A stretch of 40,061 nucleotides of DNA from assembly GCA_045600805.1 (NCBI GenBank), contig JAZRYQ010000020.1:1-40061 (forward strand). The letters run 5' to 3'. Positions 31,901-40,012 of the stretch are shown here, piece by piece. Position 1 is the stretch's first letter; every line of letters starts with the position of its first letter. Both the position numbers and the translations under genes were made by a program. Under the pieces are notes generated by a model. It did not search any database. It was not told where the DNA came from and saw only the letters and a program-made list of their open reading frames with translations. Source of the stretch: Candidatus Alloscillospira sp. (lineage in GTDB: Bacteria > Bacillota > Clostridia > Oscillospirales > Oscillospiraceae).

Positions 31901-33857
31901 TCGGAGGGGTATACTTCCATACTGCGTACAATGTGGTATCGGCATTCGCTGTAAATGAACCGCCTGCCGAATAGGTTGCGCTCGCCGCACCGCTGCTCGT
32001 GCTCCATCCGAGGAAAGTGTAATTCGTTCTCGTCGGTATTACACCCGAAAGCACCAATGAAACACCGTAAGTCTTGGTTTGACTTGCGGGTGCGCCTGAA
32101 CCTCCATTGGCGTTATAGGAGATCGTATAAGTCGGAGGCGTATACTCCCAAACGGCATACAGCATCGTATTTGCATTTGTTGTAAAGGTTCCACCTGCGG
32201 CATAGGTGGCAACCGTTGCCGTACTGCTTACACTCCAACCGAGAAACGTATAATACGTTTTTGTCGGTTTGGTAACGGAAAGGATCAAGGTCACGCCGTG
32301 CGTCTTGGTTTGAGCGGACGGTGCGCCTGTGCCACCGTTTGCGCTATACGAAATCGTATATGTGGTAGGCGAATAACTCCATACCGCATACAATGTCGTG
32401 TTTGCATTTGTGGAAAAGGAACCGCCCGCCGAATAGGTGGCACTTGTTGCCGTACTGCTTGTACTCCAACCGAGAAAAGTGTAATTGGAACGTGTTGGCT
32501 TTGTATTCGACAGTGTCAGTGTCACGCCATAGGTCTTGGTTTGACTGGAAGGTGCTCCGCTTCCGCCGTTGGCATTATACGATATTGTGTATTTCGCCGG
32601 CGAATAACTCCACACCGCATATAAAGTCGTATTTGCATTGGTTGTAAAGGACGCACCCGGTGAATACGTCGCACTTGTCGCCGTACTGCTTGTACTCCAT
32701 CCAAGGAAAGCATAATTGCTTCTCGTCGGCTTTGTACTTGATAGCGTCAAGGTTACATTTTGCGTTTTGGTCTGACTTGCAGGCGCACCGGAACCGCCGT
32801 TGGCGTTATAGGAAATCGTATATGTTTTTGGCGTATTGGATTCCCATACCGCGTATAAAGTCTTCGTGGAATTGACCGTGTACGATCCACCCGGCTGATA
32901 GGATGCCACGCTTGAGCTACTGCTTGTTCCCCAACCCTTGAAGGTATACCCGCTACGAGTCGGAACGTCCGATGGAAGAGTCATATCCCTGCCGTAAATT
33001 TTGGTAACGCTGCCCGGCGCTCCGCTGCCGCCGTTAGCATCAAAACTGATGGTATAGGTGTTCAAATCATAATAGTAGTCGATATTACAAACACGATTAA
33101 TGCAATAGTCCATCTTACCATGCTTTGATTCACTATACGTAGACCAATCGTCCATATCTTCCGATAAAGGTGTGTTTACATATTTATAACTGTAACAACG
33201 CGGACTGGAAGGCATATTTTTGTACTTTCCAACCCATGTCCACGAGAACTTACCGGAAATACTCGACTCATAACCGTCTTTGAGATGATAGCCGGTAATT
33301 GTCCTTTTGGATGTCGAAATATAGTCATAGTAGTCAATGGTTGACGAGGCTGAATCGTACTTTGTGTAGTACTTGTAATTCGGATTGGTCGGGTCAATAT
33401 TCTGAATATAGTGATTTACAACAAGTTGTATACTCTCGGATTTTCTTACAGTAACAGTGGCCTCTAGTTGGCTCTTACTAAGTCCGGTGTAAAACTGATA
33501 ATTGATTTGAATATATGCCGATGTGCAAAGGCCTGTCCCACTCGTCCACGTAATTTTACAGGTTTCAAGCAGACTTTGGTTGCTTGAAAAAGCTACGATA
33601 TCGTAGCCATACAGAGAAAGCGAAATTAGATCGTCCTCTCCTGTTTTAGTATGATAAGTTACCTTCTTGACAAGACTTCCGCTTGTATCCACACAACTTA
33701 CGACGACCGTTCGGTTGCATTCGCTTGACGGAAACAGATACTCTACCGAAGATGTTCCGTCCGGCTCATAGTATGTTGCGCTGACTGCAAGTGACATAAC
33801 CATGAGCATCATGATCGCAAACAGCGCAACAAATAAGATTTTTATTTTTCTCTTCAT
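28986..33857 (-). CDS. Giant secreted repeat protein / putative adhesin: signal peptide, Cys/Tyr-rich N-domain, 12 Listeria-Bacteroides (Flg_new-type) repeats, two CARDB-like domains, C-terminal beta-rich domain; no LPXTG
   Basis: Signal peptide MKRKIKILFVALFAIMMLMVMSLAVSA. Repeat unit YT[IV]S[YF]NANGGSGAP.SQTKTYGV.LTLSS.KPTR..YTFLGW.T.S.AT.A.Y.AGGS.T.NA..TLYAVW. CARDB-like ends ...EVDSSNNSKSAVLTV and ...EEDRTNNTVTF. Confidence 0.85.
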   Translation of the reverse strand: MKRKIKILFVALFAIMMLMVMSLAVSATYYEPDGTSSVEYLFPSSECNRTVVVSCVDTSGSLVKKVTYHTKTGEDDLISLSLYGYDIVAFSSNQSLLETCKITWTSGTGLCTSAYIQINYQFYTGLSKSQLEATVTVRKSESIQLVVNHYIQNIDPTNPNYKYYTKYDSASSTIDYYDYISTSKRTITGYHLKDGYESSISGKFSWTWVGKYKNMPSSPRCYSYKYVNTPLSEDMDDWSTYSESKHGKMDYCINRVCNIDYYYDLNTYTISFDANGGSGAPGSVTKIYGRDMTLPSDVPTRSGYTFKGWGTSSSSSVASYQPGGSYTVNSTKTLYAVWESNTPKTYTISYNANGGSGAPASQTKTQNVTLTLSSTKPTRSNYAFLGWSTSSTATSATYSPGASFTTNANTTLYAVWSYSPAKYTISYNANGGSGAPSSQTKTYGVTLTLSNTKPTRSNYTFLGWSTSSTATSATYSAGGSFSTNANTTLYAVWSYSPTTYTISYSANGGTGAPSAQTKTHGVTLILSVTKPTKTYYTFLGWSVSSTATVATYAAGGTFTTNANTMLYAVWEYTPPTYTISYNANGGSGAPASQTKTYGVSLVLSGVIPTRTNYTFLGWSTSSGAASATYSAGGSFTANADTTLYAVWKYTPPTYTVSFNANGGSGAPSSQTKTYGVALTLSSVVPTRNGYTFMGWGTSSKATTASYQPGSSYTGNGALTLYAIWEAIPPNTYTISYNANGGSGAPASQTKTEDVTLTLSSTQPTRTNYTFLGWAKSNTATGAEYLAGGIFTLNTSVTLYAVWTYTPTTYTISYSANGGSGAPSSQTKIYGEALTLSSTKPTRKNYTFLGWSACSTATSATYSAGGSYTVNASATLYAVWSYTPATYTVSFHANGGSGAPSDQTKTDDVTLILPATIPTRSQYTFLGWATNSTATSAAYSAGGSYTANASITLYAVWSYTPDTYTVSYHANGGTGAPASQTKTYGVTLTLSSVKPTRSQYTFLGWSTSSTATTATYSAGGSYTVNAGATLYAVWSYTPDTYTVSFNANGGTGAPASQIKTYGVTLTLSSVKPTMEGYDFLGWSTNSTATSATYTAGGSYTANAGATLYAVWRIKTYSVVYNGNGGSGVPASQTKTYGIALTLSSAKPTRSGYDFLGWSADSKATSATYVPGASYTANGAITLYAVWEKTNYDLSVTSISLSETESSKYGSVTVTSVVDSWDMKNAYSGISVELLYDGSVVSAKTINLSAYGRATLTFTLSVGSATGDHTVTVRINWADRSREVDSSNNSKSAVLTVKDYDYAQSVKQVTVDADYVAGNTVISSFIIYNDGTEDIVPDKHNRVHFRAYYFSGSAEVSVTSQDWEDFVIPTGKSNLVYFKWTVPTTLAGKTVYCECTTNYGGTLNEEDRTNNTVTFSKKIVTVADSQTPNTRYEADKPASYGGLSAPSVTAGSATWNQYVYENGAFVLKNYGIKVSTASPSVAPEGNCSTAVYESGKWTMKSGYGITVSYAPGISTLGGYSMPDSNAYTGAQSVVAAFPEFNYSLANGSCRTLQLVGGTYCFAPNSCAENSGRVHFIPVWFKDGNYVVSVTATQIWTPAGMITATRNANTVAINGTIYDDWYLGQK
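30300..33056 (-). repeat. 12 tandem coding repeats of about 231 bp (about 77 aa)
   Basis: Counted from the translation. First unit starts at the TAT at 33056 and the last ends ...TLYAVWE at about 30300. Confidence 0.85.
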
Positions 33858-34816
33858 TCATTTCCTCCGTTAAACACTGTCTTGCCGTCAAGATAATCCA
33901 AAAGGAGACAGTTGCCTTCAATGGACACACCGAATTGTTCCATAGCTGTCCTTTCCAGTCTATCCTTTTCAGATTCCTCGGATTCTGCAAAACAAGAAAC
34001 AAGCTTTTCCTGCCAGTCCGCATGGTATTCGGACTGCGCCAAAGAGCCGACGTAAAGGAGTTGTGCTTCCACGATTTCTTTTTCGCCGACACCTTTTTCC
34101 GTTAAATATGCGACAATCGCTTCAAGCCATCCCGTGGTGTCGTCAAGTTCTCTTGCAATGCAAAGCTTTGCGGCAGTCCCATCAAGAGTGACCGTCCGTG
34201 GCTTGACTTCCGAAAACAGCACAAACAGCGGCATAGCCCCCATGGTGTCGTTTTTCACAATGTCGAATATGTTATCCGCATTGATACCGAACACCTTATT
34301 CACAAGGTTCGGAAAATCCTCGGTAATGCCGTACTCGGGTACACAAGCCGACAGCATTTCAAGATAATCGGCATCGTTCACGTCATACGACAAGCCGAAA
34401 TTGAAATGGAATCTCTGCACCTGCCGAATGGCATCTTCGCAATATCCCTTATCCGCAAAATGGTTGATCAGAACAAACAGATCGTTTTCGACCTTATTGT
34501 AATAATCGTCATTCGGTTCGGGATAAATGAGATTCATGTTATCATCCGTAAGATACAACCCGTTCTCATCTGTCTGCGCCACGCCTAGGCTCATCCGATA
34601 AGCGAGAGACAAAATGCCGTCTTCAAGGAGGATTCTGCGTTCATCGGATAATGAAACAACATCGTTTTCATGAATATCTGTTTCGGTAACATCCACGTCA
34701 CCCGTGTCTGCCGGATGATCCGCGCTTTCGGGGATCACATAAAGGATGATCGGAACGAGGATTGCCGCACAGCAAAAAATCGCCACCACAGCGATAAACC
34801 ATTTATTCCTCATCAC
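33854..34816 (-). CDS. Membrane-anchored extracytoplasmic protein (320 aa), unknown function
   Basis: N-terminal signal-anchor MMRNKWFIAVVAIFCCAAILVPIILYV. ATGA overlap with the adhesin gene start. Confidence 0.6.
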   Translation of the reverse strand: MMRNKWFIAVVAIFCCAAILVPIILYVIPESADHPADTGDVDVTETDIHENDVVSLSDERRILLEDGILSLAYRMSLGVAQTDENGLYLTDDNMNLIYPEPNDDYYNKVENDLFVLINHFADKGYCEDAIRQVQRFHFNFGLSYDVNDADYLEMLSACVPEYGITEDFPNLVNKVFGINADNIFDIVKNDTMGAMPLFVLFSEVKPRTVTLDGTAAKLCIARELDDTTGWLEAIVAYLTEKGVGEKEIVEAQLLYVGSLAQSEYHADWQEKLVSCFAESEESEKDRLERTAMEQFGVSIEGNCLLLDYLDGKTVFNGGNE

Positions 34817-35123
34817 CCGGCATCTCCTTTGTTCCGTATTCCACGTCCCCGGATATTACAATGGCGGAGTCTTCTCTCTCCTGCTCATTCAAATCGAAAT
34901 CCAACTCCCCTTTTTTCGCACTTGGAATCGGATCATCGTTGACAATCGGGGCAATATTCGGTTTGGTATCAGTTGCCGGAATGTCAGTCGGATCTTCAAT
35001 GGGAAAATCCGACTGCACCGGCGGTTCCTTTCGGTCGCCTCTCAAAATAACGCCGACTGTCAGGCAACCGATGACAACGGCGATAACAGCAATAAATGCT
35101 ATCAAAAATACTTTGTTTTTCAT
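34803..35123 (-). CDS. Small membrane-anchored Pro/Asp-rich protein (106 aa)
   Basis: Signal-anchor MKNKVFLIAFIAVIAVVIGCLTV is similar to that of the next gene. The rest is low complexity. Confidence 0.5.
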   Translation of the reverse strand: MKNKVFLIAFIAVIAVVIGCLTVGVILRGDRKEPPVQSDFPIEDPTDIPATDTKPNIAPIVNDDPIPSAKKGELDFDLNEQEREDSAIVISGDVEYGTKEMPGDEE

Positions 35124-35142
35124 CTGCGAAACATAATTCCTT

Positions 35143-35619
35143 TCATTTTTCTATCAGACTGCTCACGATTTCCACGGGAATCCGAACAGTTATAGCGGTC
35201 TTGCCGAACATCCGAAACGGTATTGAAAGCGTATATCGGACAGTCACACCGACAGAATCCCCTGTTGCTGCACGGATGCTCGGTCTGCTCATCGAATAGG
35301 AGATCTCTCCTTTTGTCGTCACGACCGAGGAAGTCCCGCTGTTCCCAAAGCCAAGCTCGGAATACGCGCGGTTTACAAGGTTGGTTCTGTCGATGCTGTT
35401 TTCCCAAGCGTCGCCCTGTTTGAGTGAATTGTATTTTTCCACCGAATACTTCGTCACAAGACTGTCCATTGCCAGTTGCTTCTCCACCTTGTCTGCATCG
35501 GCAAGGTGAAAGATAAGCGAATACTGAATGGAAACGGCAATGATCATCACAACGATCAGGACGAGAACGCAGGTGAGTATATAGGAAAATCCGGCTTTTG
35601 AGGAAAGTATCTTTCTCAT
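35143..35619 (-). CDS. Prepilin-like / pseudopilin-like protein (158 aa)
   Basis: Leader MRKILSSKAG followed by FSYILTCVLVLIVVMIIAV (class III signal-like, Gly then Phe). GAGGTG SD 4 nt upstream of the ATG at 35619. Confidence 0.6.
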   Translation of the reverse strand: MRKILSSKAGFSYILTCVLVLIVVMIIAVSIQYSLIFHLADADKVEKQLAMDSLVTKYSVEKYNSLKQGDAWENSIDRTNLVNRAYSELGFGNSGTSSVVTTKGEISYSMSRPSIRAATGDSVGVTVRYTLSIPFRMFGKTAITVRIPVEIVSSLIEK

Positions 35620-35626
35620 AGGCACC

Positions 35627-36037
35627 TCATTTCCAATACACACGGGACAAGCCCGATTGCGTAACCGTTACCGTAAACGGCAAGGTGAACTCTCCGAACC
35701 CCTGCAAGGTGATTTCATGTGAGATGGTACAAGTGATCGTGTCTCCAAGCTGAACCTGTTTTTTCGCGGCATTGTAATAGGTTGCATTCCAACTGACAGT
35801 CGGAGTAATACCCGTTTCAGAGCACAATTCCGCAAAGCGCCGATTGACTTCATCCCCGATTTTTCCGGTTGAGGTTGCCGTTTCAATCAGTTCCTCGCAC
35901 ATATACCGCATATCCTGCTTGAGCGTAATAGCAGACCAAAGAGAAATGGCGACAACAAGGATAAAGACAAGAACCAGTACGGCTACGGCAAGGTCGATGT
36001 ATCCTTCTCCGTTTTTGCTTTTGAGAATCTTTTTCAT
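35627..36037 (-). CDS. Prepilin-like TadE/DUF4320-like protein (136 aa)
   Basis: Leader MKKILKSKNG followed by EGYIDLAVAVLVLVFILVVAISL, with an acidic residue at +5 after the Gly. Confidence 0.6.
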   Translation of the reverse strand: MKKILKSKNGEGYIDLAVAVLVLVFILVVAISLWSAITLKQDMRYMCEELIETATSTGKIGDEVNRRFAELCSETGITPTVSWNATYYNAAKKQVQLGDTITCTISHEITLQGFGEFTLPFTVTVTQSGLSRVYWK

Positions 36038-36049
36038 ACCGTCACCGCC

Positions 36050-36925
36050 TTACATAATTCCGCTGAGCGAGTTCATCAATACCTGCCCGATAACCGCCAC
36101 ATAGATCAGCAGGAAGCAAAGCATCAAAGCCATTGAAAGCTTCTTTACTTTTCGGGGGATCGCATTTGCCTGCGCTTTCAGATTCAGACGTTGCAATTCC
36201 TTGAATTTCATGGAAAGTGAAGTCCAAAGTGCCGTAGTGTCGGCAGAATTCTCTACCGTTTCAAGTGCTCTGACCACTTCACTCAGCCATGTGGAACCGA
36301 TTCGCTTATCCAAAGCATCGAGTGAATGACGGATATTGCCGGAACTGCGCATTTCCGCAACAGTGATCAGCAATTCCTCTTTCAATTCCGGCTTTGCAAT
36401 CGGGATATACGCTTCGAGAATATAGATAATGTCCCGGCTGTGTGACAGCAGCTTTTCAATATGACCGACGAACCTCGGCAATTCATATTCGATGTTGGCA
36501 CGTTTTTGGCGTATCTTTTTTGTAACCTTCTTTGATTCGCTCAAATAGGTGAACACCGCAAATCCCAACAGAATAATGCCGATGATCCTGGAAATAAAAA
36601 ACGCCGGGATCGCAAATACCGCAACCACCAACGCTTTAACAATGGCATCTGCGATATACTGCTCCGGCGTAATATCCATGTTGGCGGTTCTCAAGTCAAT
36701 GACGAGGTTGGCGCGCTTTATTTCGTTGAGCTTCAGTTTTCCTGCCAGTTTTGTAGAAAAGTCCGTCAGATACAATTCAATGACGCTTGTCTTTTTGTTG
36801 CCTTTACGGCCGACGGAATTTGCCGCCTTTGACGCTTTGAGCGACGGTATCTTGAATAAGTCTGCAAGGATCAGTCCGATACCGATGGCGGAAACAACGC
36901 CGATTACGATTTGAAGAATAATCAT
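36050..36925 (-). CDS. tadC: TadC-like (type II secretion system F-family) inner-membrane platform protein
   Basis: 291 aa with N-terminal and C-terminal TM helices and a central cytoplasmic domain. Follows a TadB-like paralog and CpaF. Confidence 0.65.
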   Translation of the reverse strand: MIILQIVIGVVSAIGIGLILADLFKIPSLKASKAANSVGRKGNKKTSVIELYLTDFSTKLAGKLKLNEIKRANLVIDLRTANMDITPEQYIADAIVKALVVAVFAIPAFFISRIIGIILLGFAVFTYLSESKKVTKKIRQKRANIEYELPRFVGHIEKLLSHSRDIIYILEAYIPIAKPELKEELLITVAEMRSSGNIRHSLDALDKRIGSTWLSEVVRALETVENSADTTALWTSLSMKFKELQRLNLKAQANAIPRKVKKLSMALMLCFLLIYVAVIGQVLMNSLSGIM

Positions 36926-36936
36926 ACGTCGCCTCC

Positions 36937-37863
36937 TTATCTGCGGTATTCGACCGGTTTACAATACTGATTCATCTTGATGAATGTGAACAGCATCACG
37001 GCTCCGCAAACGGCGAGCGTGATCTTACCGAACTGCGTAAACATCAGCGCCGCATACCAGTCCTGATTGAGAAAATACAGAAGAGGAATGTTACCGACGA
37101 CCATCAAAGCCATCATGTAATACTCTCGTTTGTTTTCCGCGATCATGACCTTTAACTCTGCGTTTACGATACGCATATCGGTCAGTTTTTCCACCACCGG
37201 ATACAAGGTTCCGATCAGTTGGTTATCGTCCTGACAGGAAGAAAGCGTGTCGCACCATTCTTCCCATACAACGTCATGAACCTTTTCTTTGAGGTGGGTT
37301 ATTGCCTGTTTTACGTCCGGATTGATAACGGTAATCTCGGCAAGAAAGCTTTGAAACAGTCCTTGCACGGGAGGTTTCAAGCTGTCGATGTTTTCTTCAA
37401 CGGCGATTTTGAGGTTCATGGTACGCTCATAAGAAGAAGTGATTGCCGCAAGACCGGTTTCAAGCTCCAGTTTTACCTGATCTTCGTACTGATCAACCGT
37501 TTTCAGAAGATAAAGAAACGGGATCATCGCCATAGCAATGGCAAGGATCGGAGCCAGGAACGGGTTGCCGATCACCACTGCAAATACTGCACCGGCAATC
37601 ATCAGAAGAAGTGCGACCGCACACGCAACGCCAAAGAACTTTTCCTTGCCTGTGTCGTTCAATGCTCTGCGGATCTTATCGAACCAAAGCACGATTTTAT
37701 TGGTTTTCTTCTTTCCCCGGGCTGTCAATGCCTTATCCCGAAGACTCTTTTTCCTATCCAGAATGGAAGTGATATCTTCACCGATTTTTTCGGGTGTCAG
37801 TTCCAGAACGCTGACAATTCCGAATGCGATCAGTAAAAAGCAAACGATATAAACGACTGTCAT
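36937..37863 (-). CDS. tadB: TadB-like (T2SS F-family) platform protein
   Basis: 308 aa with the same topology as the tadC-like gene. ATGA overlap with cpaF. Confidence 0.65.
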   Translation of the reverse strand: MTVVYIVCFLLIAFGIVSVLELTPEKIGEDITSILDRKKSLRDKALTARGKKKTNKIVLWFDKIRRALNDTGKEKFFGVACAVALLLMIAGAVFAVVIGNPFLAPILAIAMAMIPFLYLLKTVDQYEDQVKLELETGLAAITSSYERTMNLKIAVEENIDSLKPPVQGLFQSFLAEITVINPDVKQAITHLKEKVHDVVWEEWCDTLSSCQDDNQLIGTLYPVVEKLTDMRIVNAELKVMIAENKREYYMMALMVVGNIPLLYFLNQDWYAALMFTQFGKITLAVCGAVMLFTFIKMNQYCKPVEYRR

Positions 37864-39182
37864 TCGTTGATCTCCTTTCCTGCCGTTTCGCCGGCTGTGT
37901 ATTTTTCAAGAAGCTCCTGCGGTACACCGCCGCGCATCAACTTGTTTTTGAGCGAGTCTGAAATGGTGTTTTCCTTTACGAACTCACCTTCAATGTGGTA
38001 TTTTCCGTTATCGTATTCGTTACTGCGGATCTTGTAACGCCAAAGCTTGCGGTAATCGAGATCGCCGTTATCGTCTACAACACATTCGGAAATATCCATA
38101 ACCTTTCGGGAATTATCCTCAAGCTTGTGGGCAAACACAACGATCGGAAACGCCAGCGCCGCCTGTTGGAGCGACTGCCTTTCAAAGTTTCCGTATGCAA
38201 GCGATGCGATACGACGATGCGCAAATCGTCCTCCGCCGCCGTGAACGGTAGACACAACCGTATGGTCTGTGGAGCTTGCTTCGATCGCATAATATGCTTC
38301 TTTGTTTCGCATCTCACCGACGCAGATAACGTCAGGATCGAAACGAAGAGCAGCCATGACAAGGTCATCCTGTGAAATGTTGTAGGACGGATTATCCGAA
38401 GGTCGGGAAAGCGTATGAACGACGTTATTGATAACTGCACCGTTCTCGTCTCTCTTTACAAGGGACAATTCTCTTGCACCGCTTTCAATCGTGTAGATAC
38501 GTTTATTATCGGGGATTCCGGCGAGCAAGGCGTTCAGCAGGGTGGTTTTACCGGAAGAGGTTCGACCTGCAACAACGAAGGACACGCCGTATCGGATGCA
38601 GGTTTCGAGAAAGCCAAGCATTTCTTCTGTCAATGCCTCGGTGCGGATCAGGTTTTCCCTGTCCACTCTCTGCGGATGAAGCATACGAATGGAAACTGCG
38701 ATACCCCTGTCAGCATCCACAATCGGATCTTTGAGTGCCGTTACACGGGTGTTGTTGGGGAGATGCCCCTGTGCCATCGGCGCGGCATTGTCAATAATCA
38801 TACCGGAATGCTGCAACAGTTTCTTTACAACGTCGGTTGCGTGTTGCGGACTGAAAAAGAACTCGGTCGCCTTTTCGATATATCCGTTCAAATGCGTGAC
38901 GGCAATATCGTCCCATCCGTTGATGTTCACTTCTTCAACGTCCGGATCAGTCAGATATTTTGTCAATACCGAATACTCCGCCATTTCGGAATACAATCGG
39001 TCAACGAGCTTTCTTGTGTCATACCCCGCAACCGTATATCCGGTATCGTAGAGGTACTGCGAGATATACGATTTCAGTTCGGCTACCTTGGTTTTGTCGA
39101 TCAGAGCCGTGGCATATTTTCGGGAAATGAACTGCTGTACATTGCCGGCAAGAGTTGCCAAATCTATCTGTGCCACGATCAA
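37860..39182 (-). CDS. cpaF: CpaF/TadA-family secretion ATPase (VirB11-like superfamily)
   Basis: Walker A VVAGRTSSGKTTLLNAL, Asp/Walker B box DVICVGEMR, His box VVSTVHGG. The codon at 39182 is TTG; the GTG at 39176 has better spacing from GGCGGTGA. Confidence 0.88.
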   Translation of the reverse strand: MIVAQIDLATLAGNVQQFISRKYATALIDKTKVAELKSYISQYLYDTGYTVAGYDTRKLVDRLYSEMAEYSVLTKYLTDPDVEEVNINGWDDIAVTHLNGYIEKATEFFFSPQHATDVVKKLLQHSGMIIDNAAPMAQGHLPNNTRVTALKDPIVDADRGIAVSIRMLHPQRVDRENLIRTEALTEEMLGFLETCIRYGVSFVVAGRTSSGKTTLLNALLAGIPDNKRIYTIESGARELSLVKRDENGAVINNVVHTLSRPSDNPSYNISQDDLVMAALRFDPDVICVGEMRNKEAYYAIEASSTDHTVVSTVHGGGGRFAHRRIASLAYGNFERQSLQQAALAFPIVVFAHKLEDNSRKVMDISECVVDDNGDLDYRKLWRYKIRSNEYDNGKYHIEGEFVKENTISDSLKNKLMRGGVPQELLEKYTAGETAGKEINE

Positions 39183-39199
39183 TCACCGCCTTTCTTTGG

Positions 39200-39270
39200 C
39201 AAGTTGTGCTTGCACAACTTGGGGGTGAAACAAGATAACTTACGATATTTTGTTTTCTTCATGTTTCACC
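39200..39270 (-). promoter_or_regulatory. Two-hairpin intergenic element upstream of cpaF (homologous to 24470..24540)
   Basis: Minus strand has GGTGAAAC (39270..39263), a 31-nt spacer beginning ATGAAGA, then GTTTCACC (39231..39224). A perfect palindrome CAAGTTGTGC-AA-GCACAACTTG (39221..39200) follows, then CCAAAGAAAGGCGGTGA and the start codon. Confidence 0.6.
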
Positions 39271-40012
39271 CTTTCACCTTCTCTGCAATCATTCCGACAA
39301 CCTGCATGAAACGGCGGTCTTTCAATTCCTCGCTGACGGTTCCTTCCAGAGACTGCTCTGCAAGTGCCGAACTGAACGGAAGCGTGAAAGCAATCTTTCC
39401 GAGATGTCCCCTGACATCCGAAACCGGCATGGCAAACGCCTGAACGGGCGTATTGATCACCGTAATTTGCGTCTGCGGCATATAGCCGTTGCTCATAAAG
39501 TGTTTGCCCTGCGACATGGAATAGGACAGACATTTCAGATCCGGTGTGGTCAAGCGAATGCTTTGATCCGCTTCAAGCAAAGCGGTTTCCGCAAGAATGC
39601 TGTCGGCAGGATTTGTCATGCAGTCGATGATGGCGTAGTCGGTATTGGCGACGAGGATATTCAGAAAAGTCCGTGCCTTTTCCTGATTGTATTCGGGATG
39701 GCTGTGACAATTCTCGTTCTCTTTGTAGCCGATAACACCCAAGTTTTCTTTGCCTTTAATCAGCGTAGTATAGCTGAAAATATCATCCGCCGTAATGGTT
39801 GTTTTGGCGAGCAAGTCGCCGAGGGAATAGATGTCGTCCGAACGATACATAGGAAAGACAACAGGCATGGAGGGCGCTGTTACATCGGTCAACACAACAA
39901 CCACCTTTACTTGCTTTCTCCTGCCCGACTGGTAGAGAGATTCGGCAAGCTTCATCGAAAATGCCGTCTTTCCGCTGTTCGGAGTCCCCCAAACTGCTAT
40001 CATCTTACCCAT
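39266..40012 (-). CDS. CpaE/TadZ-like ParA/MinD-family ATPase
   Basis: Deviant Walker A IAVWGTPNSGKTAFSMKLA, positioned immediately upstream of cpaF. GGAGG lies 6 nt upstream of the ATG at 40012; the ORF-track start is 40039. Confidence 0.7.
   Translation of the reverse strand: MGKMIAVWGTPNSGKTAFSMKLAESLYQSGRRKQVKVVVVLTDVTAPSMPVVFPMYRSDDIYSLGDLLAKTTITADDIFSYTTLIKGKENLGVIGYKENENCHSHPEYNQEKARTFLNILVANTDYAIIDCMTNPADSILAETALLEADQSIRLTTPDLKCLSYSMSQGKHFMSNGYMPQTQITVINTPVQAFAMPVSDVRGHLGKIAFTLPFSSALAEQSLEGTVSEELKDRRFMQVVGMIAEKVKG

Noticed and set aside
30300-33056. Regular repeat array considered as a CRISPR or satellite
   Set aside because: The period is about 231 bp with no unique spacers. It lies entirely in-frame within a long ORF and translates to a recognisable protein repeat.
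38415-39443. 342-aa plus-strand ORF
   Set aside because: It lies antisense to cpaF, whose Walker A, Walker B and His boxes are unambiguous. It is a shadow ORF with no recognisable motifs.
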